Shown: piece after piece, positions 28,926 through 41,100 of the stretch | Position numbering within the stretch: position 1 is the first letter of the stretch | How the letters are laid out: every line of letters starts with the position of its first letter | Position numbers and translations under genes: made by a program | Assembly (NCBI GenBank): GCA_027923505.1 | Contig: BROI01000001.1 | Span: 310,001-374,000, forward strand | Source: Mayamaea pseudoterrestris | Lineage: Eukaryota | Length of the DNA: 64,000 nucleotides | Reading direction: 5' to 3' | Notes under the pieces: model-generated | Databases searched by the model: none | What the model saw: the letters and a program-made list of their open reading frames with translations, nothing else | Told to the model about the DNA's origin: nothing

Positions 28926-31014
28926 CTAGCCAGCGAAGTGTTCATCTGCAGCTTTGCGGACTTCAGCGTCGCCACAACGAGGACGCTTGGCGAAGGACTC
29001 GCGCGTCACGGCGGCAACGGAGACATCCTCACCCTTGTGAATAAGCATATCCTTTTCGACTCCTTCGGCGACAGGAGGTAGAGGAACATGACTCAAGATT
29101 CGCGCTGCTTCCATTTCCTTTTCGTCCGCTGGTCCCTTGAGCATTTCGCAATGCATTTCAACGCTTTCCAGCGCCGCCCGGAGGTCCTCGTCCTTGGTCC
29201 AAAACATGAAATACTTTTTGCTTGGTTCGCACGTGCACAAGAGCTCACAATGTCGCAAACAGCTCACCTTTAGTTGCGAACACTCGCAGGCTACAGCAGC
29301 AAAGAAGCAAACATGCTTGCAAGTGTGACAAAGACGACGATCATCGTAATCAGCACTGTCTTCGTCGATTCGGTCGACGACGTTTGGTGGCAACATGATG
29401 AGGTCCGACACGTCGCGGACGCCAGCAGCCTTGAGATAGTCTCGGCGACGGAGTTCCTCATCTACAATGCGTTTCAGCTCGTTCTTCAAGAGCTGGCAAC
29501 TCTTGTAGTCTCGTTGATCTGAAAGGTGATGTGCCATGGTGAAGGCAAGGCGATCATGCGAAAACACAGCGGGTCGATTAAACGATCGATAGCGCTCATT
29601 GGCAAGGCCGCCATACGATACCCAATCGTGAGGTGAAAAGTTGACAGCCTCTCCGATATTTGGGCCAAGACTAAAACCGCTGTGAAATGCGCGAGGGAAG
29701 GTAACAACATATTCGCCTTCGTATTGAAGCGTTTTGCAAATGGGAATGCCATCGTGCTGGAACAGCCGAGGACTGAACATGGTCGTAATGTGATGCATCA
29801 AATCTGGAATGAGCTTCATCTTCATCGACAAGTACCGTTTGAAAACATCTTCGACTCCCGAAGCAGCTTTTGTGTTGCCAGGAATCCCATACCACTGCTT
29901 CGGGGCGCCCTTGTGATGATAATTGACCGAGTACAAGTAATTGTCTTCATTGTGCCAAGCAAAGGTCGAGAAAATGGAACCAAAGTACATCCAGGGGACG
30001 TTAATGCCGGTAATGCCAACCTTGACGTGCTTCAAGACGCAGTTCGGCGCCGACGCAATATTGTTCAAGTTCCACCACGTCTCCTTGTAGTAATCCTGCG
30101 TTCCAAAATCAGGCTCTGGTTGCGACATCTTCAATTCATTGCAGGTACCCGACACGGATCTACCTCGCTCTGATAAGGGGAAGCCGCTACCAAAGACAGC
30201 AGTGTCAACGTCATTACCGTACTCTACAGCTACGCATGCATTCTCCTTGTCGCGATTCTCTACAATATTCCAATAGTCGCGTTCCAAAGATTCGGGCGTG
30301 AACAATTTTTGCTTGTCTTTGTCCGAAGCATCATCCCCCAGGTGGCGCTTCAGCAAGTCGTGGTGCGGATAGTTGCGCTGCTTCCAGTCCTTGGAGCGAA
30401 CCGAAGCAACCGCCTGATACTCCTCTGCCGTAAAACTGTCGCCGTTGCCAAAGCTAATGCCTTCTTGAAGACGATGTATGAATTGACGGACTGTGTCAAA
30501 CCGTTTGGATGAGTCAAAGTCAACGCCTGATGAAGGTAGATAGAGGTGTGGGTCAGCGGCGGATTTATACTAACAAGATAGCAAGGCAAATTTATGTGGA
30601 ACGAGTTTTCACGGACGCGCTTCTTGCTCATCTGTTCCACCTTTCCGATGCGTAGTCTGCCGCCTAGCAGAAGCACTCAACTAGTGCATATACATGCAAA
30701 ATAATCGAAACAATTGGCGTCCATTCAACCTACTCACCAAAACCCGGATTCCACTCAGTAGGCGGTACTATCTTACAAATGCCATAGCGCTCAGCAATGG
30801 GCCGAATCTTTTCAATATAGTCAAGCGGACTCCCTTCCATGTCTTCAATAGTCGGATAAAATACTGGACATCTGGGAATCTTTGACAGAAAGGCGGCATC
30901 TGTATTGTAGTCGAGCGTATGCTTCTGCAGAAAGCGTTCCTCGTTGGCAGTCGAGTGCGAGGATGGAAAGAATGACGCCTTTTTGCGGCGGCGCTTGGTG
31001 GCTCGGGCATTCAT
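28926..31014 (-). CDS. JmjN-JmjC-C5HC2 histone demethylase (KDM5/JARID1-like); exons 31014-30738 and 30526-28926
   Basis: Jmj[28 protein letters not shown]; Jmj[31 protein letters not shown]5HC2 zinc finger; intron 30527-30737. Confidence 0.9.
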
Positions 31015-31427
31015 AGTGCTAGTAACAGATAAATTAAAAGTCGAAAGCAAGTATAGTAGACTTCTCTGTTTGACAAGGGGACATGAAGAATGTGCAAGAA
31101 TGGCTAAAATGGAAAGCTAGCAAGGGTGTGAGAAACCATCGCCGCGCTGCGACGGAATTCGCGTTGGTGTCACATCCAATGGCTGCTGTCGATTCTGCCG
31201 ACGTCACACTTGAAGTGCGCAACAGCTGCTGCAAATGTGAACCAGTACGACTTGAGTAAAATGTCGTTGGCACGATTGCTGCCACGTGGAACCTTTCGCG
31301 ACCGCAAAGTTTACCGCGCCATCGCGCCATGAGCTTTTGATCCGTCGCTTTCTCGTCACACAGGCTGCAGCAGGACGTCGGGAACAGAATCATTGTATTG
31401 TTACATCAGAAGATAACTAGCAGCGCC

Positions 31428-34400
31428 ATGTCTTCTCTTCCTCCAGCCTTGGACTTTCCAGGCATGGAGACTGAAATCTGCGAGCAATGGAAGAAGGAGG
31501 AAACTTTCAAGACGCAGGATAAGCTCGCCAAGGATCGAAACGATGAGGTACGTTTTTGTTTGCTTCATTTGACAGTATCATTGTCTGCTATTCAGTAATT
31601 CATCCTCCTCCTTTACCTTCTTCACTACTATACAGACATTTACATTCTACGACGGCCCTCCTTTCGCTACTGGCCTTCCTCACTACGGCCACATTTTGGC
31701 GGGAACCATCAAGGACACTGTCACGCGCTACGCCTGCATGACGGGCCATCAAGTCCAGCGTCGGGCCGGCTGGGACTGTCACGGCTTGCCAGTGGAGTAT
31801 GAAATTGACCAAACGCTAGGCATTACTCATCGCGATCAAGTACTGGAAATGGGAATTGACAAGTACAATGCTACATGCCGTGGTATCGTTACACGATATT
31901 CGAAGGAATGGGAATCTACCATCACGAGACTTGGACGATGGATCGACTTTGAAAATGACTACAAGACCATGGATCCGACATTTATGGAGTCGGTTTGGTG
32001 GGTCTTTCAGCAATTATTCGAAAAGGACTTGGTTTATCAGGGATTCAAAGTCATGCCGTACTCGACGGGGTGCAAGACGCCGCTATCCAACTTTGAGGCG
32101 GGGTTAAACTACAAGGATGTTAAAGATCCAGCTGTAGTTGTTAGCTTTCCCATTTTGGATATGGAAAATACATCCTTTGTCGCCTGGACGACGACACCAT
32201 GGACATTACCAAGCAACCTTGCCTTGTGCGTTAATCCAGACTTGGAGTATGTCAAAGTACTTGACAAGGCTTCCGGCAAGCATTACATTCTGGCCAAGAC
32301 GCGCCTTTCGCAGATTTATCCGCAAATGAACTCGAAAAAGTGGAAACCTGAGCAAGCTGCGGAGCTTTACGAGATTATGGACACTTTTAAAGGCAGCGAG
32401 TTGGTTGGCAAGAAGTATCAGCCGCTTTTTGATTTTTTCGCAAATACACCAGCCTCAAACAACTATTTCGCCGTACTGTCGGACTCGTACGTGACGGATG
32501 ATGCCGGAACGGGCGTTGTCCACCAGGCGCCAGCCTTTGGCGAGGATGATTACCGTGTTTGTCTCGCGCATGGCGTCATTGAAAAGGGTGCTGAAATTCC
32601 TTGTCCAGTCGATGCGGATGGCAATTTCACCAGTCCAGTTGAGGTTGTCAAGGGCACGCACGTTAAACAGGCGGATGAAACCCTCATCCAGTTGGTGAAA
32701 GGCATGGGCCGGCTTGTGCAAAAGGATGTGCTGAATCACAATTATCCATTTTGCTGGAGATCTGATACGCCGCTCATTTACAAGGCCGTTCCGTCGTGGT
32801 TCGTCAAGGTGGAATCGATACGCGACCGCATTGTGGAAAATAATCGGCAAACGTACTGGGTACCGAATGAGGTCAAGGAGGGCCGGTTTCACAATTGGCT
32901 GTCAGATGCGCGTGACTGGGCCATTTCGCGTAATCGCTTTTGGGGTACGCCAATTCCAATTTGGGCAAATGAAGACTTGAGCGAAGTCGTTTGCATTGGA
33001 AGCATTGATCAACTGGCCGAGTTATCGGGAACGCGGGTTGAGGATTTGCATCGCGAAACGATTGATGATTTAACGATTCCATCGACGAAGAACCCTGGAA
33101 CGGTGCTGCGACGCATTGAAGACGTGTTTGATTGCTGGTTTGAAAGTGGATCTATGCCGTATGCTCAGAGTCATTATCCATTTGAAAACAAGGAGACCTG
33201 GGAGAAGGGATTTCCAGCCGACTTCATTGCCGAAGGCTTGGACCAGACACGCGGATGGTTTTATACGCTCATGGTGCTGTCGACGGCGCTGTTTGACAAG
33301 CCAGCATTCAAGAACAACATCGTGAATGGTTTGGTCCTTGCCGGCGACGGCCAAAAGATGTCCAAGCGCAAGAAAAACTACCCTGACCCGACGTTGGTAA
33401 TTAACAAGTATGGAGCGGATGCGTTGCGAATGTATCTGGTCAACTCGCCTGTCGTTCGAGCCGAACCGCTCAAATTTCGAGAAGATGGTGTGCTTGGCGT
33501 CGTGAAGGAAGTATTTTTGCCACTCTACAATGCCTTTCGTTTCTTTGTGCAAAATGTTGAGCGTTGGGAGACTGTCGACAAGAAGTTTGTTCCTGACATT
33601 GCCAAGGTGCGGTCGTCGAAGAATCCGACAGATATTTGGGTACAGGCCGAGACGCAGCAACTGATCAAATTTTTTCATGAAGAAATGAAAGCTTACCGTC
33701 TATACACCGTCATGCCGGCTCTGGTCACGTTTGGTACACAACTGACTAACTGGTATGTGCGCTTAAATCGAGATCGATTAAAAGGCATGGAAGGTGAAGG
33801 TGCAGAAGCGGATGATGACACAGCTGTTGGTCTTCAAGTACTTTATGATGTTCTAATGGACGTTCTGATGATTATGGCTCCATTCACGCCTTTTATTTCC
33901 GAGTATTTTTACCAGCACCTGCGAAAGTTGCAACCATCATACGCCGAAGCGGCTAACGGTGGAGGCACGTCGAACCCTGTCAAGCCGGGAAAGAGCAATT
34001 CGGTGCACTTTCTTCAATTACCTCAGTACGATGAGAGTCGACTCAATGCAGAAGCAGTTGAAGCTATGGAAGTGCTGCAAAACATTGTTGAACAAGGACG
34101 GACAGCACGAGAAAAACGAAACATAAGTTTGCGCACTCCTGTGAAGTCGGTGGTTGCCGTTCTTCGCACGCCTGCGCCACACATTGTTGAAAGCATCACT
34201 GGCGCATTGCAAAAATATATACTTTCGGAACTTAATGCCTGGGAATTGCGATTGATCCCGAAGGAGGAGGAGCACGACTGGGTGACGCTGTCATTGTCGC
34301 CTAATTTTAAAGCCGTCGGCAAGAAGCTCGGCAAGAAAATGAAGGCGGTTCAACAAGCGGTCGTCGCCATGTCTCATGACGTAAGTATGGCGTCGTTTGT

Positions 34401-35106
34401 TGGTCCAATGACGTGGCTTAAAAGCATATTCTCACTTTATTATGTCAATTCAATTACAAAACAGGAAGCTGTCTCTGTGTTGGAAAAAGGGTCCGTTGAA
34501 GTGGAAGGTGAAATACTTGATGCAACAACTGATCTCGAATCGAAACTCGAATTCTCCAGAGCGGGTGAGGAGTGGGAGTCCATGTCCAAGGCTGATGGGT
34601 CTTTAGTTGTTGCTATCGATTGTCAACAGGATGAGGCTATCCTTGCGGCGGGAATGTCGCGTGAGCTGATAAATGGCATCCAGCAACTTCGCAAGGCCGC
34701 GGGGTTGGACATCTCAGATGTTGTTGAGATATTTTATGCTGAAGACGATGGCGTTACAATAGTGGAAGATGCAGTTAACAGGAATGTAACTATTTTTGAG
34801 GCCAAGTTTAAAGGCGCAGTACCTGTACCGAAACGTTTTGCGCCGGATTGGTCGGTAGCGTTGAAAAGCGACACGGTTGAGGTCGGGGGATCAAATGTTA
34901 CGGTTTCTATCTGTCGACCAGCACTCGCTGCAAATGGCATCTCTGAAAGGGAGAAAAGGGTTTTAGCCACAATAGAGCCATCAAGTTTAAAGCAAGGCGA
35001 GACCTTCAACTTCTCGGTCGATGGATCGCAGCTTTCACTAGTGGAAGGTAAAGATTTCTGGCTCAACACTCTCGCCATGGTGCGAAGTATATCTAAAATT
35101 CACTGA
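31428..35106 (+). CDS. IARS: Cytosolic isoleucyl-tRNA synthetase; introns 31548-31635 and probably 34381-34464
   Basis: YDGPPFATGLPHYGH (HIGH), GWDCHGLP, WTTTPWTLPSN, EGLDQTRGWFY, KMSKR (KMSKS). Confidence 0.97.
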
Positions 35107-35161
35107 CTGTAAATATTTACCGCTTTTGATGTAACAATTAGAAGTAAATGTAATAATGCTT

Positions 35162-38100
35162 TTACACGTCCCCGTAGCTTACTGATGCGTAGAAGCGCTT
35201 GACCGACTCACTGAGACGTCGAAGACTTTCGGCACTCGCTTCGCGTTCATCAATCAGCTTTGCGATTGCCTCTGCTCTCTTTGTTTCGGACCGCTCAAGT
35301 GCAACTGCAAGGGATATTACATGGGAGTGTAGACTCTGTACATCGCCCACCGGTTCGCCTTCGTAAGCTTTTGGGGCGACAACATGAGTCAGCTCGTCCT
35401 CCTTGCGTGCTAACTTCTCCTGCGTCGCCTTGAGCTCCTGCGTCACGGCTTTCAATTCTGCTCTCAGCTTGTCCGATGATTCTTCGTCCACTGTAGCGAG
35501 CTGTAGAGATTGATGCAAGTGATTAAAATTTATTGAGTGTCCAAAAGCATGAGATCCTTGCAAAGATAGTTGATCCCGCAGTTGGGTCAAGCTCTCCTGT
35601 AATTTGCTGACAAGCTCAGACTTTTCGTACAACGTGCTCTCTTTCACAGTCAGTTCATGCTGCAAAGCTTCCATACGCTTCTCGTACTCTGCGATGATCT
35701 CCGATGCTCCCAGCTGTGACTCCAAATTCTCAAGGTCATTAACTGCGATCGCGCATGCATCAACTTTGGCGTCAGCCGCCAATGTAGCCTGCGATACGTC
35801 AAGCTGGTCTTGTGCCATGCTCAAGGCGTCATTCGCGACACGTAGATCGTCCTGCAGCTTGATAAATGCCAACTCCTTTTCCTTCGCCATTGCTTTCATG
35901 TGGTCAAGTTCTTGAACTTTTGCCAAAGACGATTGGAGCTGCTCCGAAAGCCGAGATACCTCAGCCTCGAGAGACTCATTCGTAGGGTCACTTCCAGCCC
36001 GAAGTAATCCGTCTTTCTCCTGAGCAATAGCATCCAGTTTTGACAGTAAAGTCGACTTTTGCTTATGGAAACTACTCTCTAGGCTTGCTACTGTTCTCGT
36101 CAGTGAGTCTCGCTCACTTACAACTTTTGATAGCCTTTCTTTCATCTCCGCCTGTTTTTGCAGAGCATCGTCCAACTCTTGCCGTACAGAATTATCATTT
36201 CTTGAATCCGATTTAATCAAAACAGCACCTTCATACTGGCCCGACGATTGACAAATGGATTGCAATTCCAACTGCAGGGTGTCAACGCGTCCTTCAGATT
36301 CATCCAACTGTTGCTTAAGTAACCCAAACTGAACAAGAATTTCCTCATTTTCCTCAGTCAAAACCAAGACTTCGTTCCGTGCCAGGGCCAATTCTTCGTC
36401 GCGCTGTTCGATCAATCGAGATTTTTCGACGAGAATGGAACATTCTTGTTGGAGCTTAGTATATCGATCGTTAAGGATGTCATAGTCTTGAGAAATGCAC
36501 CCACCTGCCACCAATTGTTGACCGAGTCTCTCTTTTTTTTCCGACAGTCCCTCAACAGTAGATGAGAGTTTTGCAATCTTTCCGTTGAGCTCCTGCTCGC
36601 GACTCGCCCATATATTTGACTCACTTTCAAGTCGCTGTTGAAGCTCTTGCAACTGGAAAACTTGTGCTGACAGGATCTTGCATTCATCCGACAGTTGGTT
36701 CCGCTCAACAGTAAGAGATTGGTGAGCGGCGCTCTGTTGTGATAGAGTGTCAGCAAGAAGTTGCTGCTCTTCTTGGTGAGCTCGGACTGTCTGCTCAAAG
36801 CGAACAGTCAATTCGCCCTCGCGAGTCTGTGCATCCTCAATCGCTCGAGTCGCCAAGTCTTCTGCCGCTTGGCATCTGACCACAAGCTGGTCGAATTGGC
36901 GCTCCCGTTGATCTGCCTGGCTCTTGATTTCGTCAAGGTGATTCGATAGTGTATCTATCTTATCATCCCGGCAAATCAACTCCTCTTGATGAAGGGACAA
37001 AGCATCAGCCATTTTTTGATCCGATGCAGCCAGCGAGTCCGACAATTGCACCTGCAATTTTTTACGGATGTCCATCAGCGATTCCACTTCAGAGGATAAC
37101 GACTGGCATCTTAAAAGTAGGGCCGACAACTCATGCTCCTTCGCAACCAATCGTGCCCCACAGTCAGAAGCATTTTTCGCTATAGCTTGGCATTCCTTCT
37201 CTTTCCGTTCCAAGCTGCGGCCAAGAGCTGCTAGGTGGGATGTCGTCTTTTTACGATTTTCTTCAAGCTCCTGGTTTTCCTTTAAAGCGCGTGACAACTC
37301 AGACTGTAGAGCCTGGTTGTCACATCGAAGAACCGCCGTCATGTCGTCTGTCTCGGCAGCTCTCTTTAGTGCTCCGTCCAGAGAGCTTTCGAGCGAGGTC
37401 TTGACGCTTACTAAATCCACCAATTGCCGCCGCGCCTCGTCAAGCTCCTCGGACAAGCAATTACGTTCAGACGCAAACCCCGCCTCTTGGTCTGCCATTA
37501 GAATCGCTAATCGCGAAGCCTCTGCTTTCCAATGAGACAATTCTGTCTCGCGTCGGCCTTCCAACTCCTCTTTTCGAAGCCCTTGTTCGTCAATCAGCTT
37601 TTGAAGGGCTGCAATGACCTCCTTACTGTCAGCCAGTGATGCCTGAAGCACATCTCTTTCTTTGGCCACCGCCAAAAGTTCGGCCGCCATGTTTTCCGTC
37701 TCCTCCGCCAAAGACCTTTGACACGACAAATCGGAAATTAAAGCTGTTCGCATGCGATCTGATTCTTGGCCCAAATTCTTCAAACGCTCAACTTCCGCAG
37801 ACTTCTTATCGATGGACCGGTATAATTCGCGTAGCTCATTCGCGTGGTTGGTATTAAGACTCTCCATGGTCCGATTTAAGTCAGTGTTCTCTTTTCGGAA
37901 TTTGTCAAGCTCTGCAACAAGTTTCGACGATGTATCTTGGTTTTCTTTCAATGCATTTTCCCCACGAAGGATGACAGCATGAGCCTCGCTGAGGTTTTGC
38001 TGTTGCTCCTCCGACAGTTGCTTCATTTTTGCTTCAACCGCAGCAAGCTCATGCTGGTGCGACAGTCTCTGTTCCTGAAACTCAATTGCCATGATCCTCA

Positions 38101-41100
38101 ACTCAGAAATCTCGGCTGTTAGATTCGCGCACTCTTTCGTCTTCAAAGCCAACTCATCTTTTAAAAAGTTGGACTGGTCGGCGTCCGTTGATGAATTGCC
38201 CGCGGCACCATTCAATAAATGCTTTAATGATTCCACTTCAGAAATCAAAGCAGCATTCTGGGAATAAGCTGAAGCATGCTCAACTTCTTTGCAGCTAACA
38301 GAGAGCCGTGCTTCATTATACTTCGTTTCAAAATTATTCCGCTCGTTCTCTATTGTCGCGTTCTTGCTCTCCAGAGTAGCAAGTTTTTGCTCCATCATCG
38401 CATTGGAACGCTGAAGGCTCGCAACTTCCAGTTCAAGCTCACTCTGCTTGGCTGCACGCATAGAATCATTTAGTTTGTGTGCGTCGAGAACCTTGCGCAA
38501 TTCCGTCGACTCATGTTCAACAAAAGAGCGTTTCATCATCTCACGTTCAAGCAGCTCACTGAAATTCAATGCAATTTCGACTCCATCCGGAGTCCGGACT
38601 TTCCCAATCAATGATCCATCCTCATTATTAGCCTGTAGAAGCTTCTTTATACACGGACACTCCATCGTGCTGCCGCTTTCGCATGTCATGCATCGAAATG
38701 AGGCAAGCAAGAGTGTCGGACTTCTTTCTCCGTCTTCGTATCTGCGATGAGGTGTCGATGGGGGCGTATCTGCCTCGGCGAATGATTTTAAGTAGGGATG
38801 CGTCAATTCAAGAGATCCACCCATGTCAACATTGCCGTCGAACCAACCATTGCCATGTAGAAGACGAGGCAAGGTTGAATCCAAATTTTGAGTGCCATCG
38901 GTCGCATCTGTTCGTTCAAGAATATCGTAGTACTCTGTTTCATTCAAATCCATAGCTCGACTAGAGTTTGCAGCAGTATCAAAGCGAACTGAAACATTTC
39001 GGTCATTTTCTTCTTGCCGGCGAAACGCCGTTCGAGTTGCCATTGCCGTGCGGAGTGCCGTACCATCAGACACTCCACTTTCCGATACGTCCATGTCCAC
39101 ATCATCGTCCCACACGCCATCATCGCTCGCAGCTTCCGATACGTTAGCCATAGCGTCCACAGTAGACCCTCCGCATGATGGCACTGTAGACGTCGGCAGC
39201 TGATCAACTATCGGCCCAAACTTGCTATTATCTTCCTCCTCGTCTTCGTCTTCAAGAAGCTGTGACTCGCCGATCGAAGAATTGGAACCAGAAGCACGTT
39301 TCGAGCGAAGACGGCCAGGCAGATGATCGATGACAACGTTTGACTTTCCCACCGGACTGGCATTATCGGATCGAGCGCTTGCAAGGTCTTCTCTAATCAT
39401 TGATCGACATTCAGACGGCGATAACTGACTTGCGTCGGATGAGGAAGTAAGACCCGAACGTGATAAAGAACCACGAGGCTGCGGAAGCTGATCAACAACC
39501 GGCCCAAACTCCTCCTCAGCTAAAGGCAGCAGAAGAGACAATGCTCCACCGATAGTGATCTCGGACAATGCCTCGCGATTGTCCTCTCGATCTAACACTT
39601 CCGCTCCATCATGGGCAGGGAGGATGTCAACCACCTGCTCATTATCATCCTCACCGACAAGTACATTCTCGTTCATATCATTTTCTTCGTCGCCACCTGA
39701 CTGGGGATTTGGAAAATTTTCCTCCTCTTCTATTCTCGTTTCGTCCTCTGCATCAAGATCATCCGCAGCAATTGACGCTGGTGCAAACGCCACAGTTGAT
39801 CCGGTTGCAGATTCTGCCATTGATGGCAAATTAATAGATGCGTTCGGCCGTGTTGGAGGAATTTGGTCAACAACAGGACCAAAATTGTCCTCCATGCCAA
39901 CCATATCATCGACTTCAGACATGACCTCCGAAGGATCGGCGGCTACCATTGTCGATGCGTCTCCGTACCTTTCCCGTCGGCTCGGTATATGGTCCACTAA
40001 CAAATCTTGAAATGAACGCAATATCGACTGACCGTCTTCATTGATTGTGTCGCCACCATCGCCATCGTCATTCACCTCCTCTTTATTATTTTCAGACGCA
40101 CTTTCGTCAATGGTATCAAGATCTTGAGCCTGCGCAGCTATAGAATCTTCTCGAAAGCCGAAAGGCGAGTAAACGGGAGTTTGTGGAGTTTGATCAACAA
40201 TAGGCCCAAATCCGACGCCAACGTCGCCAGCGCTGTCATGGTCAGCAACACTGTCGTCATCTTTCGCTGAAGTGGCGTCGGCCAAGACAATAATCGATGA
40301 GTTGGTAGCCCTAAATGCAGGTGAACCCATTTCAGATGGCGTATGATCAACAAGTAATGTCTGGTCTTCGTCCAGTTCAAGTTCAACCTGCTCCCAGCCT
40401 TCAGTTCCACCGACGGTTGAATCCATAGCGTCATCGTCAATGAATTCACTAGCCTCGCCCAGCACTGCCATTGAATTTGCAGTTGATAGTGCTGAACAAG
40501 CTGCGCCTCCTGGAGTTGGGGGTGTCTGGTCCACAACAGGGCCGTAATCGAAATCATTCTCGTCGTCATAGATTTCTTCGTCGTCACCATCTCCCGAGTC
40601 TCGAGAGAGATCTCGCGCAGTAGCCAACGCAAAAAGCGAAGGATCATTTGCAGGCTCGTCGATAGGATCGTGTATATCGCGTGGTGTATGATCGACAATA
40701 TGAATTTCTTCAAGACCATCGATTCGGAACTTTACCGAACTCGTCATCGTCGGCAACGGTTCGCTAGACGCCGTAGAAGCTGCACCCGTAAAATCCGCAG
40801 CACATTCATACTCCTCAGTATCATTTGCACCAGGCAAAATGCCATCGTCGTCACCATATCCTTCTTCATCGTCCCACGCATTGGCACCCACCGACCCATT
40901 GCCGCATTCAGTCTCATCCAAACCATAAACGTCCTCCAAACTCGGAGCATATGCGGCTGTGCTTCCTACATTTGTCATTTCGGACGGTTGCATAGTCGGT
41001 TCCGATCCGTCCGGCAGCAGTGGCGTGTGATCGACGACAGGACCATAAGCTTCCATTTGATCATCCTCGCCTGCGCTGGCTGACGCATCGTCTGGCGCCA

